From a virus: a DNA stretch of 64,000 bases. The stretch lies in the IMG/VR virus record IMGVR_UViG_3300020347_000003, positions 8,115 to 72,114 of that record. The stretch is one strand, 5' to 3'. Both the position numbers and the translations under genes were made by a program. Positions 1 to 9,073 of the stretch are shown piece after piece (the first letter of the stretch is position 1; the number at the start of each line of letters is the position of its first letter). The notes under the pieces were generated by a model. It was not told the origin of the DNA. It saw only the letters and a list, made by a program, of their open reading frames with translations, and searched no databases.

Positions 1-285
1 AGTCACGACATCATTTAAAGATGGGCTTTCTGAAAATCCATTGGGATGAGAAATTCGTGCCTTGTAGTAATCTGCAATAATTACATCGTAACGAATGATT
101 GGCTTAACACCACCATTGCTACCATCTGTTGACAGTAGGTTTGGAGTAGGGTTACCATAGATACCTACAGTATCAGTTACTACCAAACATTTTGATTCTA
201 CTGTACCCGTGATTTGTACATCTTCTGCCAAAACAGAAGCTGACAGCCCGGCGACTGCCAATGCTATTCCGAGTTTTTTGAACAT
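1..285 (-). CDS. Secreted fimbrial/pilin-like protein (partial, runs off the window)
   Basis: Not in the ORF track. Manual translation MFKNSGIALAVAGLSASVLA-EDVQITGTVESKCLVVTD...; AAGGAG SD at 291-296; signal peptide followed by an alternating beta strand and Cys, as in chaperone-usher subunit N-termini. Confidence 0.55.
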   Translation of the reverse strand, partial: MFKKLGIALAVAGLSASVLAEDVQITGTVESKCLVVTDTVGIYGNPTPNLLSTDGSNGGVKPIIRYDVIIADYYKARISHPNGFSESPSLNDVVT

Positions 286-297
286 GTGTTCTCCTTT

Positions 298-1203
298 TTA
301 TTTTTTATCTGTTGTCTTATCATATTGTAAGTCAACTATTTTATCATGAAGTAAGTCTTGCGCAAAGCTTTGTCGTCTGCCAGACGGATTATCCGGCAAA
401 TCTGAATCCTTTAATTGGGTGGTTTCTACATACTCACCACCTGGAATGGTATCGTAATATGTGGTTGGCATGTAACGAAGACTTGTCAAAGTCGCATGCA
501 ACAGATTAGATCCTTGTGCCAATTCTGTAGTGTTAGTGGTTCCCAGCAATTTCTCTAAATTCTCTTTAATTTCTTTTTTTGTTTCTACCTTTTTTCGGTC
601 CGAATCTTCTTGGTCTTCGTCCTTCATTACTGCTTTTCGATCTAATTCGTCTTGGACATATTGATCATTCATAGGATCGTAAGGATCGGGTTCTGCTACC
701 TCAACATATGGAGGTTTATAACCTGGGCATTCTGGGTTTGTTTGCGGATCAAAACATGGGTCGTATTGAAATGTGTAGACTACCGATGCGTCTTCTACAA
801 GGCCAAAGCCTTCAACTTGAATTGAACCATCACCCCATCGATCAATTGGTATCGCACCCACAGGCACGATCTTTCTTATTGTATTACTAGGAAGGCCAGA
901 CCAATCGTCGGTCTCTCTGAAAATATAACCTTCGCCCTGTGCGTCTTCATTCTGCACATGTACAATCATTTCGTCTTCAGTTTGTTTTACAGTATCATAC
1001 TGATAAATTACAGTACCAACTGTGAGGCCGGCTTGTTGGGGTAGGACGTTTTTCATTACCCACTCCATTGCAGGATTCACTGCGTTTGGTGTGATTCCGT
1101 AAACTGTGCTCGTGTCTGATTGTGCGCTAGACTCTTTAGAGTAGAATAAGCAGGAGAAGCAGACCAGCAACACCACTGCCGGCAATAAGTGTTTTCCTTT
1201 CAA
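298..1203 (-). CDS. Secreted hypothetical protein (beta-rich N-domain, Cys pair in DPCFDPQTNPECPGY, charged C-terminus)
   Basis: ORF 298..1260; likely TTG start at 1203 after GAGGA, followed by a hydrophobic signal segment. Confidence 0.7.
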   Translation of the reverse strand: MKGKHLLPAVVLLVCFSCLFYSKESSAQSDTSTVYGITPNAVNPAMEWVMKNVLPQQAGLTVGTVIYQYDTVKQTEDEMIVHVQNEDAQGEGYIFRETDDWSGLPSNTIRKIVPVGAIPIDRWGDGSIQVEGFGLVEDASVVYTFQYDPCFDPQTNPECPGYKPPYVEVAEPDPYDPMNDQYVQDELDRKAVMKDEDQEDSDRKKVETKKEIKENLEKLLGTTNTTELAQGSNLLHATLTSLRYMPTTYYDTIPGGEYVETTQLKDSDLPDNPSGRRQSFAQDLLHDKIVDLQYDKTTDKK

Positions 1204-1732
1204 TGTCCATTTCCTCTTTCTCACCCTTTTCACCTTCTTCAAGTGGGGTGTCTTCTGCATTTACCTTCCAAGCTGCTTTCGCCTCTTGACCGATTAAACC
1301 ATCATATGGACAGGGAGTTCCTGCATTCATCATCGCGTCAAAAACCCGTTTATCTTGACACATTAAGGATACTGCTGCAACCTTCATGCCCATATCATAT
1401 AGAGTTTTCGAATTCTTTAGTCTTTCACAATTATCATCAGTTATCTGGGTTCCCGTAGAAATACCTAGAATCTGAGTTTGAATTGCTCCCGCAACACCAA
1501 ATGTACACAGATCCGAGTTCGACGTATTAATAGTCGGGGATATTGCACTTGCTGGAGGTGACTTAAGAGTAGTGGTTGTGTTGCCGTTTGTGGTCACTGT
1601 ACTAGTCGTTGTCGCCTCGGACCTTATAACATCATCAATTGGGTCTGGGGTTGCTGGATCCGCATCTTGTGAATAAGCGCTGGAAACAAAACCAAGACTT
1701 AAAATAACGAATATCACTTGAGATAATTTCAT
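1136..1732 (-). CDS. Secreted, membrane-anchored Cys-containing hypothetical protein
   Basis: Signal peptide (MKLSQVIFVILSLGFVSSAYS), Thr-rich linker, four Cys, C-terminal TM (GVAGLLLLLILL). Confidence 0.75.
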   Translation of the reverse strand: MKLSQVIFVILSLGFVSSAYSQDADPATPDPIDDVIRSEATTTSTVTTNGNTTTTLKSPPASAISPTINTSNSDLCTFGVAGAIQTQILGISTGTQITDDNCERLKNSKTLYDMGMKVAAVSLMCQDKRVFDAMMNAGTPCPYDGLIGQEAKAAWKVNAEDTPLEEGEKGEKEEMDIERKTLIAGSGVAGLLLLLILL

Positions 1733-1768
1733 TCTAAATTTATACCTTTTCAATGTTCACCAAATTTT

Positions 1769-1776
1769 TATTTATA
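1769..1776 (-). promoter_or_regulatory. T4-type late promoter TATAAATA
   Basis: Exact TATAAATA on the minus strand just upstream of the secreted-protein operon. Confidence 0.7.
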
Positions 1777-1881
1777 ACCAGCTGGCCTCTCACAGATACC
1801 AAACCATCGTTAACATCGCTAAGTGAGATGAAAGTGTCATTTTTTCGACACATCTCACACGAGCTATCGCGAGCTATCGCT

Positions 1882-1903
1882 AAAAAGGGGGCCGGAGCCC
1901 CCA
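1882..1903 (-). terminator. Rho-independent terminator
   Basis: GGGGGC-TCCG-GCCCCC followed by TTTT on the minus strand, downstream of the early gene block. Confidence 0.75.
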
Positions 1904-1929
1904 TAAAGAGTAGAATGCCTGGGTGGGCT

Positions 1930-2133
1930 TTAACTTTTCTTGTTAAAGAAAACTGACCGGGTGAGCCCGCCGAAGATGTAACACATGAATATCAAAGAGG
2001 TTGCGAGAAGTGCAGTAGCTGCAATCTCCTTGTCACCCACGATTGCGGTACCGATCATAAGGAACAATTGAGTACCACCAATAATCAATCCCATCGTGGC
2101 AAGACCGACTGCCATATTTTTTAACATTTCCAT
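1930..2133 (-). CDS. Small two-TM membrane protein
   Basis: AAGGAG SD; two hydrophobic helices. Confidence 0.7.
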   Translation of the reverse strand: MEMLKNMAVGLATMGLIIGGTQLFLMIGTAIVGDKEIAATALLATSLIFMCYIFGGLTRSVFFNKKS

Positions 2134-2167
2134 AATTTCTCCTTAATCAAAGAAGGTGAAAGGTGGC

Positions 2168-3124
2168 TTACGCCACCTCCGCCATTTCCACAGCCGTTTC
2201 CAAAGCAGTCAATTTACGCTTTGCATTGGCTCCGAACCAAGCCGATGCAGTTCGAGCATCAGCCGACCGACCCAGTTCATGGTCAGTCAAGTAGGTGACT
2301 GCATTATATGCATTCCACCAGCTACCAGGTCGGAATTCAGCACCTGGCTGGGTATCAACAATTTCAAAAGCACGTTCAGCAGTACGACTGAGTACCTTGT
2401 CACGCTTTGTAGACTCACCGAACACTTTTGCAAGAAACTGTTGGAAAGAATCATTAGTGTAACGCTTTGAACCCAACAGTTCAGCTGCCTGTTTGAATTG
2501 TTCCACACGAGTGTGTGAAATACCGAGGAGCGTCTTGACCTTCTCAGCGTCGAACTCGGTACGGTGGGAGAGTCGGACTGCAGGCATGCCCTTCTCAGTT
2601 AAAGCCATGGTCAGAGTATTATTACACACCACACGAGTCATTACGAATTTAACGTCAATACTCTTCCCATATTGGTGCGGATTTGAGAATAGAAGGTAAC
2701 CCTTCACCTCGTCACCACCGAACAATGAGAACCCATCGTTCACATCAGCCGCAGCCCAAACAAGACGACCATCTTGTAGAGATCCAGCTGTATCCATTAC
2801 CATGTCGCCATTAGAGACAAACTCGGTAAAGAATTCAAAAGCCTCTGAGTTCTGGCAGGGATTCCAACCCTCACCGACCATAGTAAGAATCTTACCATCG
2901 GTGTTACGAACCAGAGCCTGAGACCCAGTTTTTTGGTTATCGCCACGATAGCGAATAAAAGTGTCAACCTTTTCGACCTCCCAGTCTAGGCCAGCAGCAA
3001 CCTGCATTTCACGTGGAGTCATGCCATCATTGACAGGGACACCCATGCCGTGCCAAGGCACACCAGAAGACAAACGATATGCCATTTGAGCTTCACCATT
3101 TACAATTTCAAGATTATGAGCCAT
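2168..3124 (-). CDS. DUF932 / TIGR03299-like phage protein
   Basis: MAHNLE, PWHGMG, AGLDWEV, TAGSL, RVVCNNT and WxAYNAVT motifs. Confidence 0.85.
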   Translation of the reverse strand: MAHNLEIVNGEAQMAYRLSSGVPWHGMGVPVNDGMTPREMQVAAGLDWEVEKVDTFIRYRGDNQKTGSQALVRNTDGKILTMVGEGWNPCQNSEAFEFFTEFVSNGDMVMDTAGSLQDGRLVWAAADVNDGFSLFGGDEVKGYLLFSNPHQYGKSIDVKFVMTRVVCNNTLTMALTEKGMPAVRLSHRTEFDAEKVKTLLGISHTRVEQFKQAAELLGSKRYTNDSFQQFLAKVFGESTKRDKVLSRTAERAFEIVDTQPGAEFRPGSWWNAYNAVTYLTDHELGRSADARTASAWFGANAKRKLTALETAVEMAEVA

Positions 3125-3136
3125 AATATATTTCCT

Positions 3137-3274
3137 TTAAGAGTTTTTGTGTTGTTGAATTAAGTTTTCGATCTCGCTGATTTGCTTCTCGATTTGAGCG
3201 TTACCATCTTCTGATAACTCTCCACGTACCTCGCAGAGGCAGATTAGTTCGTTGTACAGTTCTTCAATTTCCAT
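3137..3274 (-). CDS. Small hypothetical protein (45 aa)
   Basis: Manual translation MEIEELYNELICLCEVRG...; TAATG overlap with the upstream gene. Confidence 0.55.
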   Translation of the reverse strand: MEIEELYNELICLCEVRGELSEDGNAQIEKQISEIENLIQQHKNS

Positions 3275-3702
3275 TATGCAGCCTCGTACATGTAGGGCTT
3301 TTGAAAACGACCAGCGTCGATATCAATGTAATGTGACCGATGAAAGTAGTCAGACATCGCATCATCGTTGTTGAAGAAGTCAGGTCCTTCCATAGCTGAT
3401 ATCAATTCAGAGTAAAAATCGGCAATTTCTTCTTCACCAATGATGCGAGAGTTTTCTTCACACCAGTAATGGTTAACTTGAAGGTAATCACCAATCTGGT
3501 AAGAAGGTCGACCTTCACGCTCTGCGATTCGGTCATTTGATTTTTGAGCAGCTCCGAGTAGATCAAGCTGACCAGACTTAAGAGATACACAAAGAGTTGA
3601 ATGATTCTTTACAGAAATGGTACCCTTCATCTTGTACTTCTTCAACACAGCTTTGATGCCGGGAGCCAGAGTTTTCTTGTCTTCTTGTGAAACAAACGCC
3701 AT
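3274..3702 (-). CDS. Conserved early phage hypothetical protein
   Basis: First gene after a sigma70 promoter; C-terminal DDAMSDYFHRSHYIDI motif. Confidence 0.75.
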   Translation of the reverse strand: MAFVSQEDKKTLAPGIKAVLKKYKMKGTISVKNHSTLCVSLKSGQLDLLGAAQKSNDRIAEREGRPSYQIGDYLQVNHYWCEENSRIIGEEEIADFYSELISAMEGPDFFNNDDAMSDYFHRSHYIDIDAGRFQKPYMYEAA

Positions 3703-3736
3703 ATCAAAATTTCCTTCTCAATTAATTTATGTGACC

Positions 3737-3765
3737 ATTATATCAAGTAAAAGCATCTTTGTCAA
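3737..3765 (-). promoter_or_regulatory. sigma70-type early promoter
   Basis: TTGACA-17 nt-TATAAT. Confidence 0.85.
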
Positions 3766-3784
3766 CACTTTTTTTAAAATAATT

Positions 3785-3949
3785 TCAACTTTTTTCGTTA
3801 AGATTCTGAGTCCAAGCAAAAAAGATTTCTCGAGCCTCTTCTTTAGAAAGACCAAAGGTTTCGTGCAGATGTTGTGGAGCACCAAACATGTTGATGGTAC
3901 CACCCTCCCTCAGAGCATCGAGGTACAAAAAGTATTGCTTCAAATTCAT
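3785..3949 (-). CDS. Small hypothetical protein (54 aa)
   Basis: Manual translation MNLKQYFLYLDALREGGTINMFGAP...; coupled to the upstream stop codon. Confidence 0.6.
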   Translation of the reverse strand: MNLKQYFLYLDALREGGTINMFGAPQHLHETFGLSKEEAREIFFAWTQNLNEKS

Positions 3950-4230
3950 TACGCTACCACCTGTACACGGTTATCAAAATCAAAATCCATTTCAAAGGGG
4001 ACGAAACCAACATCACCAATCCGAGAATCTTCCTCACGATCAGCACCAGTAATTTCAATGTGGAAACCTTTGAACATCACTACACCAAACTCTGGGTGAA
4101 CCACGTCACCTTTCTTAATGACACGACCAACGATAAAGCTGTCATCGCGACCTTCCATAGGCTGGAAGTCTAGAGCCTTGATTGTTTCACCAACCTGAGC
4201 AGTGTTTTCAAATTTCAATAAATCGTTCAT
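3949..4230 (-). CDS. Hypothetical early protein
   Basis: ORF directly downstream of an early promoter. Confidence 0.7.
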   Translation of the reverse strand: MNDLLKFENTAQVGETIKALDFQPMEGRDDSFIVGRVIKKGDVVHPEFGVVMFKGFHIEITGADREEDSRIGDVGFVPFEMDFDFDNRVQVVA

Positions 4231-4263
4231 GTTTTTAGTCTCATTGCATTAATTTATGTGACC

Positions 4264-4292
4264 ATTATACCATGTGAGGGGGGTGCTGTCAA
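4264..4292 (-). promoter_or_regulatory. sigma70-type early promoter
   Basis: TTGACA-17 nt-TATAAT; leader GGTCACATAAATTAAT shared with the promoter at 3737. Confidence 0.85.
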
Positions 4293-4369
4293 CGATTATT
4301 TTCAGTTTTTTTAGATTATTTTGGAATAAGAGCTGGAAGCCTTATAACTTTTCAGTATAAGGCGCGAGC

Positions 4370-4732
4370 TTAGTGGACTGTGGCGTTTTCCATGTCTTCA
4401 AAGAGACCATCTAGCATATCGTATATGTGGTCGCCATAGCCAGATTTGATGATATCGACAACGTCTGGGTATTCTTCATCAGATTCAATTGGCAACGCTT
4501 CAAGTTCTTCCCAACGTTTTGGAGCGAATACATCTTTGATATAGGACTGAGCCATATTTTCAGACTCGAATGAGCAAGCCTTGGTGATATAGAACGGATT
4601 ATTGCTTGCAAAGAGGGCATATCTCTTATCTGTGGTTTCCGTGTTTGAATCTTTGCCCACATCTTCGTCAGTGTACGTGCCTAAGAATACGCCTCTATTT
4701 TGATCAATTATTATGTACCTGGGGTTTTTCAT
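4370..4732 (-). CDS. Hypothetical protein
   Basis: 120-aa ORF overlapping the exonuclease 3' end. Confidence 0.65.
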   Translation of the reverse strand: MKNPRYIIIDQNRGVFLGTYTDEDVGKDSNTETTDKRYALFASNNPFYITKACSFESENMAQSYIKDVFAPKRWEELEALPIESDEEYPDVVDIIKSGYGDHIYDMLDGLFEDMENATVH

Positions 4733-5390
4733 GAAGAGCCCTATATTTTTTTCTCACTTGTACCAAATGTTCTAGGTAGTCGTAAGTGTTAAATTTAAAC
4801 ACCTGAGGCTCAGAGTCATCTACAGCGATAAGGATGACACCTTGTTTGATCGGGATCCCGGTCATTTCATAGAAGGCTGCGGCATAGAACGAGATTTGCA
4901 TAAAGTAGTTTTGAATGTTATCTTCGCTCTTTACACGTCTCGATGTCTTAAAATCGATTACCGAGAGTTCACCTTCGAACTCTGCAATGCAATCGACCTG
5001 GCCGGCAGTCTTCAGCTTATCACTATAAAGATATACTTCCTGAAACCATATGTTATTTATTTTTTTATCTAACACGGGTTTCAGCGTATTGAACATGAAA
5101 AGATTGGAAGGCTGGTGTTTGCCCTTCCAATTTTCAACATTGTCGATATAATCTTCGCAGATCTTGTGGACGGCAGTACCTCGACCAGAGGCCTGCCTAG
5201 AGATACGATTAGCCTCTTCTTCACCAACACGCTTACGCCATTCTATGATGGCTTGTTTGCTCAGAATACTGAGTACTGTGGTGATGGATGGATAGGCTGA
5301 ACCATCGGGTGTAAAGTATCTACGACCCTCTTCGGTTGTTTTGCGTGTAAGTGTGGGTAACTCAACGCCGTGCTCTACGTGATCAAACAT
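4704..5390 (-). CDS. PD-(D/E)XK exonuclease (Cas4-like fold)
   Basis: YPSITTVL, AGQVDC, IDFKTS and QxxxY motifs. Confidence 0.85.
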   Translation of the reverse strand: MFDHVEHGVELPTLTRKTTEEGRRYFTPDGSAYPSITTVLSILSKQAIIEWRKRVGEEEANRISRQASGRGTAVHKICEDYIDNVENWKGKHQPSNLFMFNTLKPVLDKKINNIWFQEVYLYSDKLKTAGQVDCIAEFEGELSVIDFKTSRRVKSEDNIQNYFMQISFYAAAFYEMTGIPIKQGVILIAVDDSEPQVFKFNTYDYLEHLVQVRKKYRALHEKPQVHNN

Positions 5391-5416
5391 GATATATTCC
5401 TTTCAATTAGTCGTAC

Positions 5417-5445
5417 ATTATATCACAACTGATATCGTTTGTCAA
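5417..5445 (-). promoter_or_regulatory. sigma70-type early promoter
   Basis: TTGACA-17 nt-TATAAT. Confidence 0.8.
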
Positions 5446-5714
5446 ATCGAGAGCTGAATGCCAGAAGTGACCTCAAGGTATTTTTTGGCAATCTCTTCGA
5501 TTGTCTCACCCTGTGCAATAATAGAGTTTCGGTTGAATTCCATCTGGCCATCTTGAGCGGACATCATCCACGGGATCATCCCAAAGCCTTCCTGACCTGG
5601 TGTCAGACATACAGGCTTACACATTGTAATATCACCATTTGATTCTTCACCTATGACTCGGCCAATGACCTCTTCACCGGAATTTAGTTTAAGTGTAATT
5701 ACGTTCATAATCAA
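5442..5714 (-). CDS. Sm-like/SH3-like small phage protein
   Basis: LKLNSGEEVIG ... PW ... Y pattern common in T4-like phages. Confidence 0.6.
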   Translation of the reverse strand: MIMNVITLKLNSGEEVIGRVIGEESNGDITMCKPVCLTPGQEGFGMIPWMMSAQDGQMEFNRNSIIAQGETIEEIAKKYLEVTSGIQLSI

Positions 5715-5729
5715 TGTTCTCCAAAGTAT

Positions 5730-5954
5730 TTAATCATCTAAAAATTTAGCAAACTCTTTTGCGAAAAGTTTGTTCTCAAAATAAAATGTATGCTCATAGA
5801 CATCAGTCCATTCTTTGAGCTTCCATTCCCATTTATTCAGGTTATCTAGGCACCATGCCTTTGCCTCTTCACTCCAATCAGAGTGTACTTGAACAAAGGC
5901 AGCGGAATCTCGCATCCACCTCATTTTATAATCTGAAATTTGTTGTGGTGTCAT
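5730..5954 (-). CDS. Hypothetical Trp-rich protein
   Basis: 74-aa ORF with ATGA coupling. Confidence 0.65.
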   Translation of the reverse strand: MTPQQISDYKMRWMRDSAAFVQVHSDWSEEAKAWCLDNLNKWEWKLKEWTDVYEHTFYFENKLFAKEFAKFLDD

Positions 5955-6265
5955 CCCATTAATACCTGTGCAGCACCCGTAATAATTGCACCATCTACCT
6001 CTACAAGATCACCTACTCTTGCAGCAGGAAATCCGGCAATAAAGACCTTTGCGGATCCTGCGTTTACGGTACCGACATGAGGTACACAGGCTTCGCCCAC
6101 CTTAATTCCGTGTGGTGCAGTGACAGATCCCATAATTGCTGCGGGTGAACCTGCGATCATTACCTGAGGCATTCCGTTAGTGGCTATGGTAGAGACCAAA
6201 GAGCAGCCGTGTGTGGCTGGGGTTCCGGTCGCGACCTGATCACCTATTCTTGCTGCTGGGGTCAT
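5951..6265 (-). CDS. PAAR-repeat spike-tip protein (T4 gp5.4-like)
   Basis: PAARIGD, PAAIMG and PAARVGD repeats with His/Cys metal ligands. Confidence 0.9.
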   Translation of the reverse strand: MTPAARIGDQVATGTPATHGCSLVSTIATNGMPQVMIAGSPAAIMGSVTAPHGIKVGEACVPHVGTVNAGSAKVFIAGFPAARVGDLVEVDGAIITGAAQVLMG

Positions 6266-8013
6266 TCGTTGTCTCCAAAAAGGTCTTCGGCATTTTGTAT
6301 TGTCTCATTATATGTATTAGCAAATAGGTAATAATCTTGCTGAACCTGACTTATCGTCGGTGCGAATAGATCCTCAAATGCACCATTTGCTTGTGGTGTT
6401 TCGTCAATGACATTTTCAAAAATGCCACGGCCGGGATCTGTCGACCAGTAGTGACGCTGTTTAAATGTAACTTGTTGAGTTTCAATGGGAACATCGACAC
6501 CATCACCAGTATTCATTTCGAAAACATAATCGTATTCTTCCACCGAGGTTCGATTGTTTCTCTCGTCGTCGGGAGCAACCCATTCTTTTAATATTGTAGT
6601 GTCACCATTGGCTGTGTTACTATAGAATGCATTTGCTTCTTCAAAGGTGACATTGGCAGTCGTGAGTGCAGAAGATTCGAATACAGAATTTGCATATGTC
6701 TGAAATATGTACTTTTCTTCAGGCCAGATTTTTGTAGCATTTTTCGTAAATCTGACTCTATTCGGTGGTGTAACGGTGATATCTACATACTGAGTTGGAG
6801 AGCTCACCATGGTGATAGAATTCACATCAGCATTGGCACTCGGCGCATCGATATCTCGTACAATCCACCTTAGCGGTATATCCGTACCAAGGTTTGGATC
6901 TGGGTTATCCATTATCATTTCAAAAGTGTCACCGATAGCATAATTCTTACCACCATCTGTTATGTCAATTCTTGAGCCATACCACTCATAGTTTAGGCCA
7001 TTATCATGCGCTGCTCCATTGTCAGATAAGACTCGGAAAACATATGCAGAACCGTTAAAATCCTTACCAGTCACAAGAGCATTTGTATCAGGATCTCTTC
7101 GTGGGCCATCGGATTGAACGAAGGTAAATGTTGGTGTGTTTGGTGCAGCAATCCAATCTGACTTTGGAGTCGCATTGAAGTACCGATTGTAATCAGATCC
7201 AGTTGCCGGATTGGGAAACTCACCATCCGTAGCCTCAGCTCTTAATGCGGCTGGATGATCATTGGGTAAAAATTCAAGTCCAGTATTAGACGAAGAATTG
7301 TATTGAAGTGGGTATGGGTTCAATACCTCTACTCGTGAAATTGCTCCAGTTGGTATATTGTACGGGTTGCCACTAGAGTAATTGGCAGTATTAGCTTGAG
7401 GTGGTATGAAATAGGGTACTGTGTTCGCTACAGTAGTGGAATATGATGCATTAATTTCATTATTGGCCACACCATATGCACCATAAACTACAATTTGTTC
7501 TGGTAGAACACCAGCATTATATTTAGTCCAAAAGTTCACTGTCGGAGAAACAAAGAAAGCCAAATCAAATGGCTGAGTCCAATTTGCCCATTCGACATTT
7601 TCCCAGCGTATCTTGTGATCGTAGACTGTAATCGTACCATAGAGACCGGCAACACCTGAGAAGGTATTAGCGACTCCATTGACAAAATCGGTATTATTGA
7701 AATCATCCCAATATGCTACGAGATCGTGTGTCGATGTTGCATAACCACCACCAGCGTTTGGGCTTACATCGATTCCGATTGTTTGATTGGGGTTTGGTGG
7801 CTCACCAGTCGTCACATCAAATGTGAATGGTTCGACTGGATCACCACCAGTGTTGGCTAGTAACAGGTTGCCTTCAAAGGTTAGCTCATATTCAAATGGC
7901 TCATTGCCATACACAGCAGGAAATTCATTGTGAGGTTCGTGTGGGAACGTATCTCTCTCAATGTACTTATCGTTTGTGTAAGTAAGTTCATAATCTATAA
8001 CTGTGTTCGCCAT
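6262..8013 (-). CDS. Putative virion structural protein
   Basis: 583 aa, Asn/Thr/Gly/Pro-rich, GxNYxxGD motif; coupled to the PAAR gene in a late-promoter operon. Confidence 0.6.
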   Translation of the reverse strand: MANTVIDYELTYTNDKYIERDTFPHEPHNEFPAVYGNEPFEYELTFEGNLLLANTGGDPVEPFTFDVTTGEPPNPNQTIGIDVSPNAGGGYATSTHDLVAYWDDFNNTDFVNGVANTFSGVAGLYGTITVYDHKIRWENVEWANWTQPFDLAFFVSPTVNFWTKYNAGVLPEQIVVYGAYGVANNEINASYSTTVANTVPYFIPPQANTANYSSGNPYNIPTGAISRVEVLNPYPLQYNSSSNTGLEFLPNDHPAALRAEATDGEFPNPATGSDYNRYFNATPKSDWIAAPNTPTFTFVQSDGPRRDPDTNALVTGKDFNGSAYVFRVLSDNGAAHDNGLNYEWYGSRIDITDGGKNYAIGDTFEMIMDNPDPNLGTDIPLRWIVRDIDAPSANADVNSITMVSSPTQYVDITVTPPNRVRFTKNATKIWPEEKYIFQTYANSVFESSALTTANVTFEEANAFYSNTANGDTTILKEWVAPDDERNNRTSVEEYDYVFEMNTGDGVDVPIETQQVTFKQRHYWSTDPGRGIFENVIDETPQANGAFEDLFAPTISQVQQDYYLFANTYNETIQNAEDLFGDNE

Positions 8014-8025
8014 TTTTTATCACGC

Positions 8026-8778
8026 CTATGCTGCCCTTAGGTAGCTACTACAACTCTCCTTTGCTAGTATATATTCTTTGACCAAGCCTGATCGGACGAT
8101 ATCGTCGGTACCAAAATTGATAATATCGAATGATTCAATCTTATCAAGGACCTTAAGAAAATCAGGCAATCCTGTTACGTCGTGTTTGTGTCTTGTTCCT
8201 GCCAAATCATCTTGGAAGGTGTCTCCGCAGAAAATAATCTTAGACGACTCACCAACACGAGTAATAATACTGTCGAGTTCATGGTATGTCATCGATTGGC
8301 ATTCGTCTACGATAATGATAGAATTATCAAATGTCAGTCCCCTTACGAACGACGAAGTCATAAATTCTACCATGTTTTTTGTTTTGAGTATTTCCCAAGC
8401 ATCTCCTCTTTGAAATAGGTCGTTGGTAATATCGGCATAGGGTACCGTGAACACGGCCTCTTTTTGAGCCTTAGAACCGGGCATGAAACCCTGTTCTCGT
8501 GTTTGTACTGCGGATCGTATTACAATAAGTTTTTCATATTCAGATCGGGTGAGAACATCGGTAAGCCCTAGGTACATTGCGCACATTGTCTTCCCTGTTC
8601 CAGCAGTCCCAATTGCTGCTATGTTATTATCATTATCGTAACTGTCAAACATATCCTCCTGTGTGTCTGTAATTGGCTCTATCTTTCGCATTGAGAACTT
8701 ATTGTTCACAACATCATTGACATTTCTGTCCTGCCTTCGTTTTTCTTTGCGGGACATACGCCGACTTGCTTTGGCCAT
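8026..8778 (-). CDS. phoH: PhoH-family ATPase
   Basis: GTAGTGKT Walker A, RGLTF, IVDECQ, GDxxQxD, DIVRS. Confidence 0.95.
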   Translation of the reverse strand: MAKASRRMSRKEKRRQDRNVNDVVNNKFSMRKIEPITDTQEDMFDSYDNDNNIAAIGTAGTGKTMCAMYLGLTDVLTRSEYEKLIVIRSAVQTREQGFMPGSKAQKEAVFTVPYADITNDLFQRGDAWEILKTKNMVEFMTSSFVRGLTFDNSIIIVDECQSMTYHELDSIITRVGESSKIIFCGDTFQDDLAGTRHKHDVTGLPDFLKVLDKIESFDIINFGTDDIVRSGLVKEYILAKESCSSYLRAA

Positions 8779-8801
8779 GGAACCTCCTTCGAAAACTTCT
8801 C

Positions 8802-9053
8802 TTAGAAGTCATTGATTGTGTTTTTAGTATGACGAGAGCCAGGATGATGGCTCTTTATGTTTTTTAACACATCACGAAAACTATCTGAAGGCTTTTTAAG
8901 CCCCAGACGGACCGGGTCACCGATTCCCGGCGCGGAAGTAATAATAGGTTCGAGGTGGGGGTGTTCTTCTAGGAAGACTAACTTATCAGAATAAGACATG
9001 AGCTTATCAAAAGTTTCTTGTGTTTCTTTATCTCTAAAAGAATAGGTAGGCAT
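8802..9053 (-). CDS. FmdB-like small protein (Cys-less variant)
   Basis: MPTYSF N-terminus; typical gene upstream of phoH in T4-like phages. Confidence 0.6.
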   Translation of the reverse strand: MPTYSFRDKETQETFDKLMSYSDKLVFLEEHPHLEPIITSAPGIGDPVRLGLKKPSDSFRDVLKNIKSHHPGSRHTKNTINDF

Positions 9054-9073
9054 TGTTTCTCCACGTATGATTT

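Noticed and set aside
4311-4360. Calling the upstream box a CtrA site (TTAA-N7-TTAA)
   Set aside because: The spacing is reminiscent but the half-sites deviate too much to name the factor
4704-5390. Cas4-like nuclease suggesting a CRISPR system
   Set aside because: No repeat-spacer array or other cas genes seen and no Fe-S cysteine cluster; this is the common T4-like phage exonuclease
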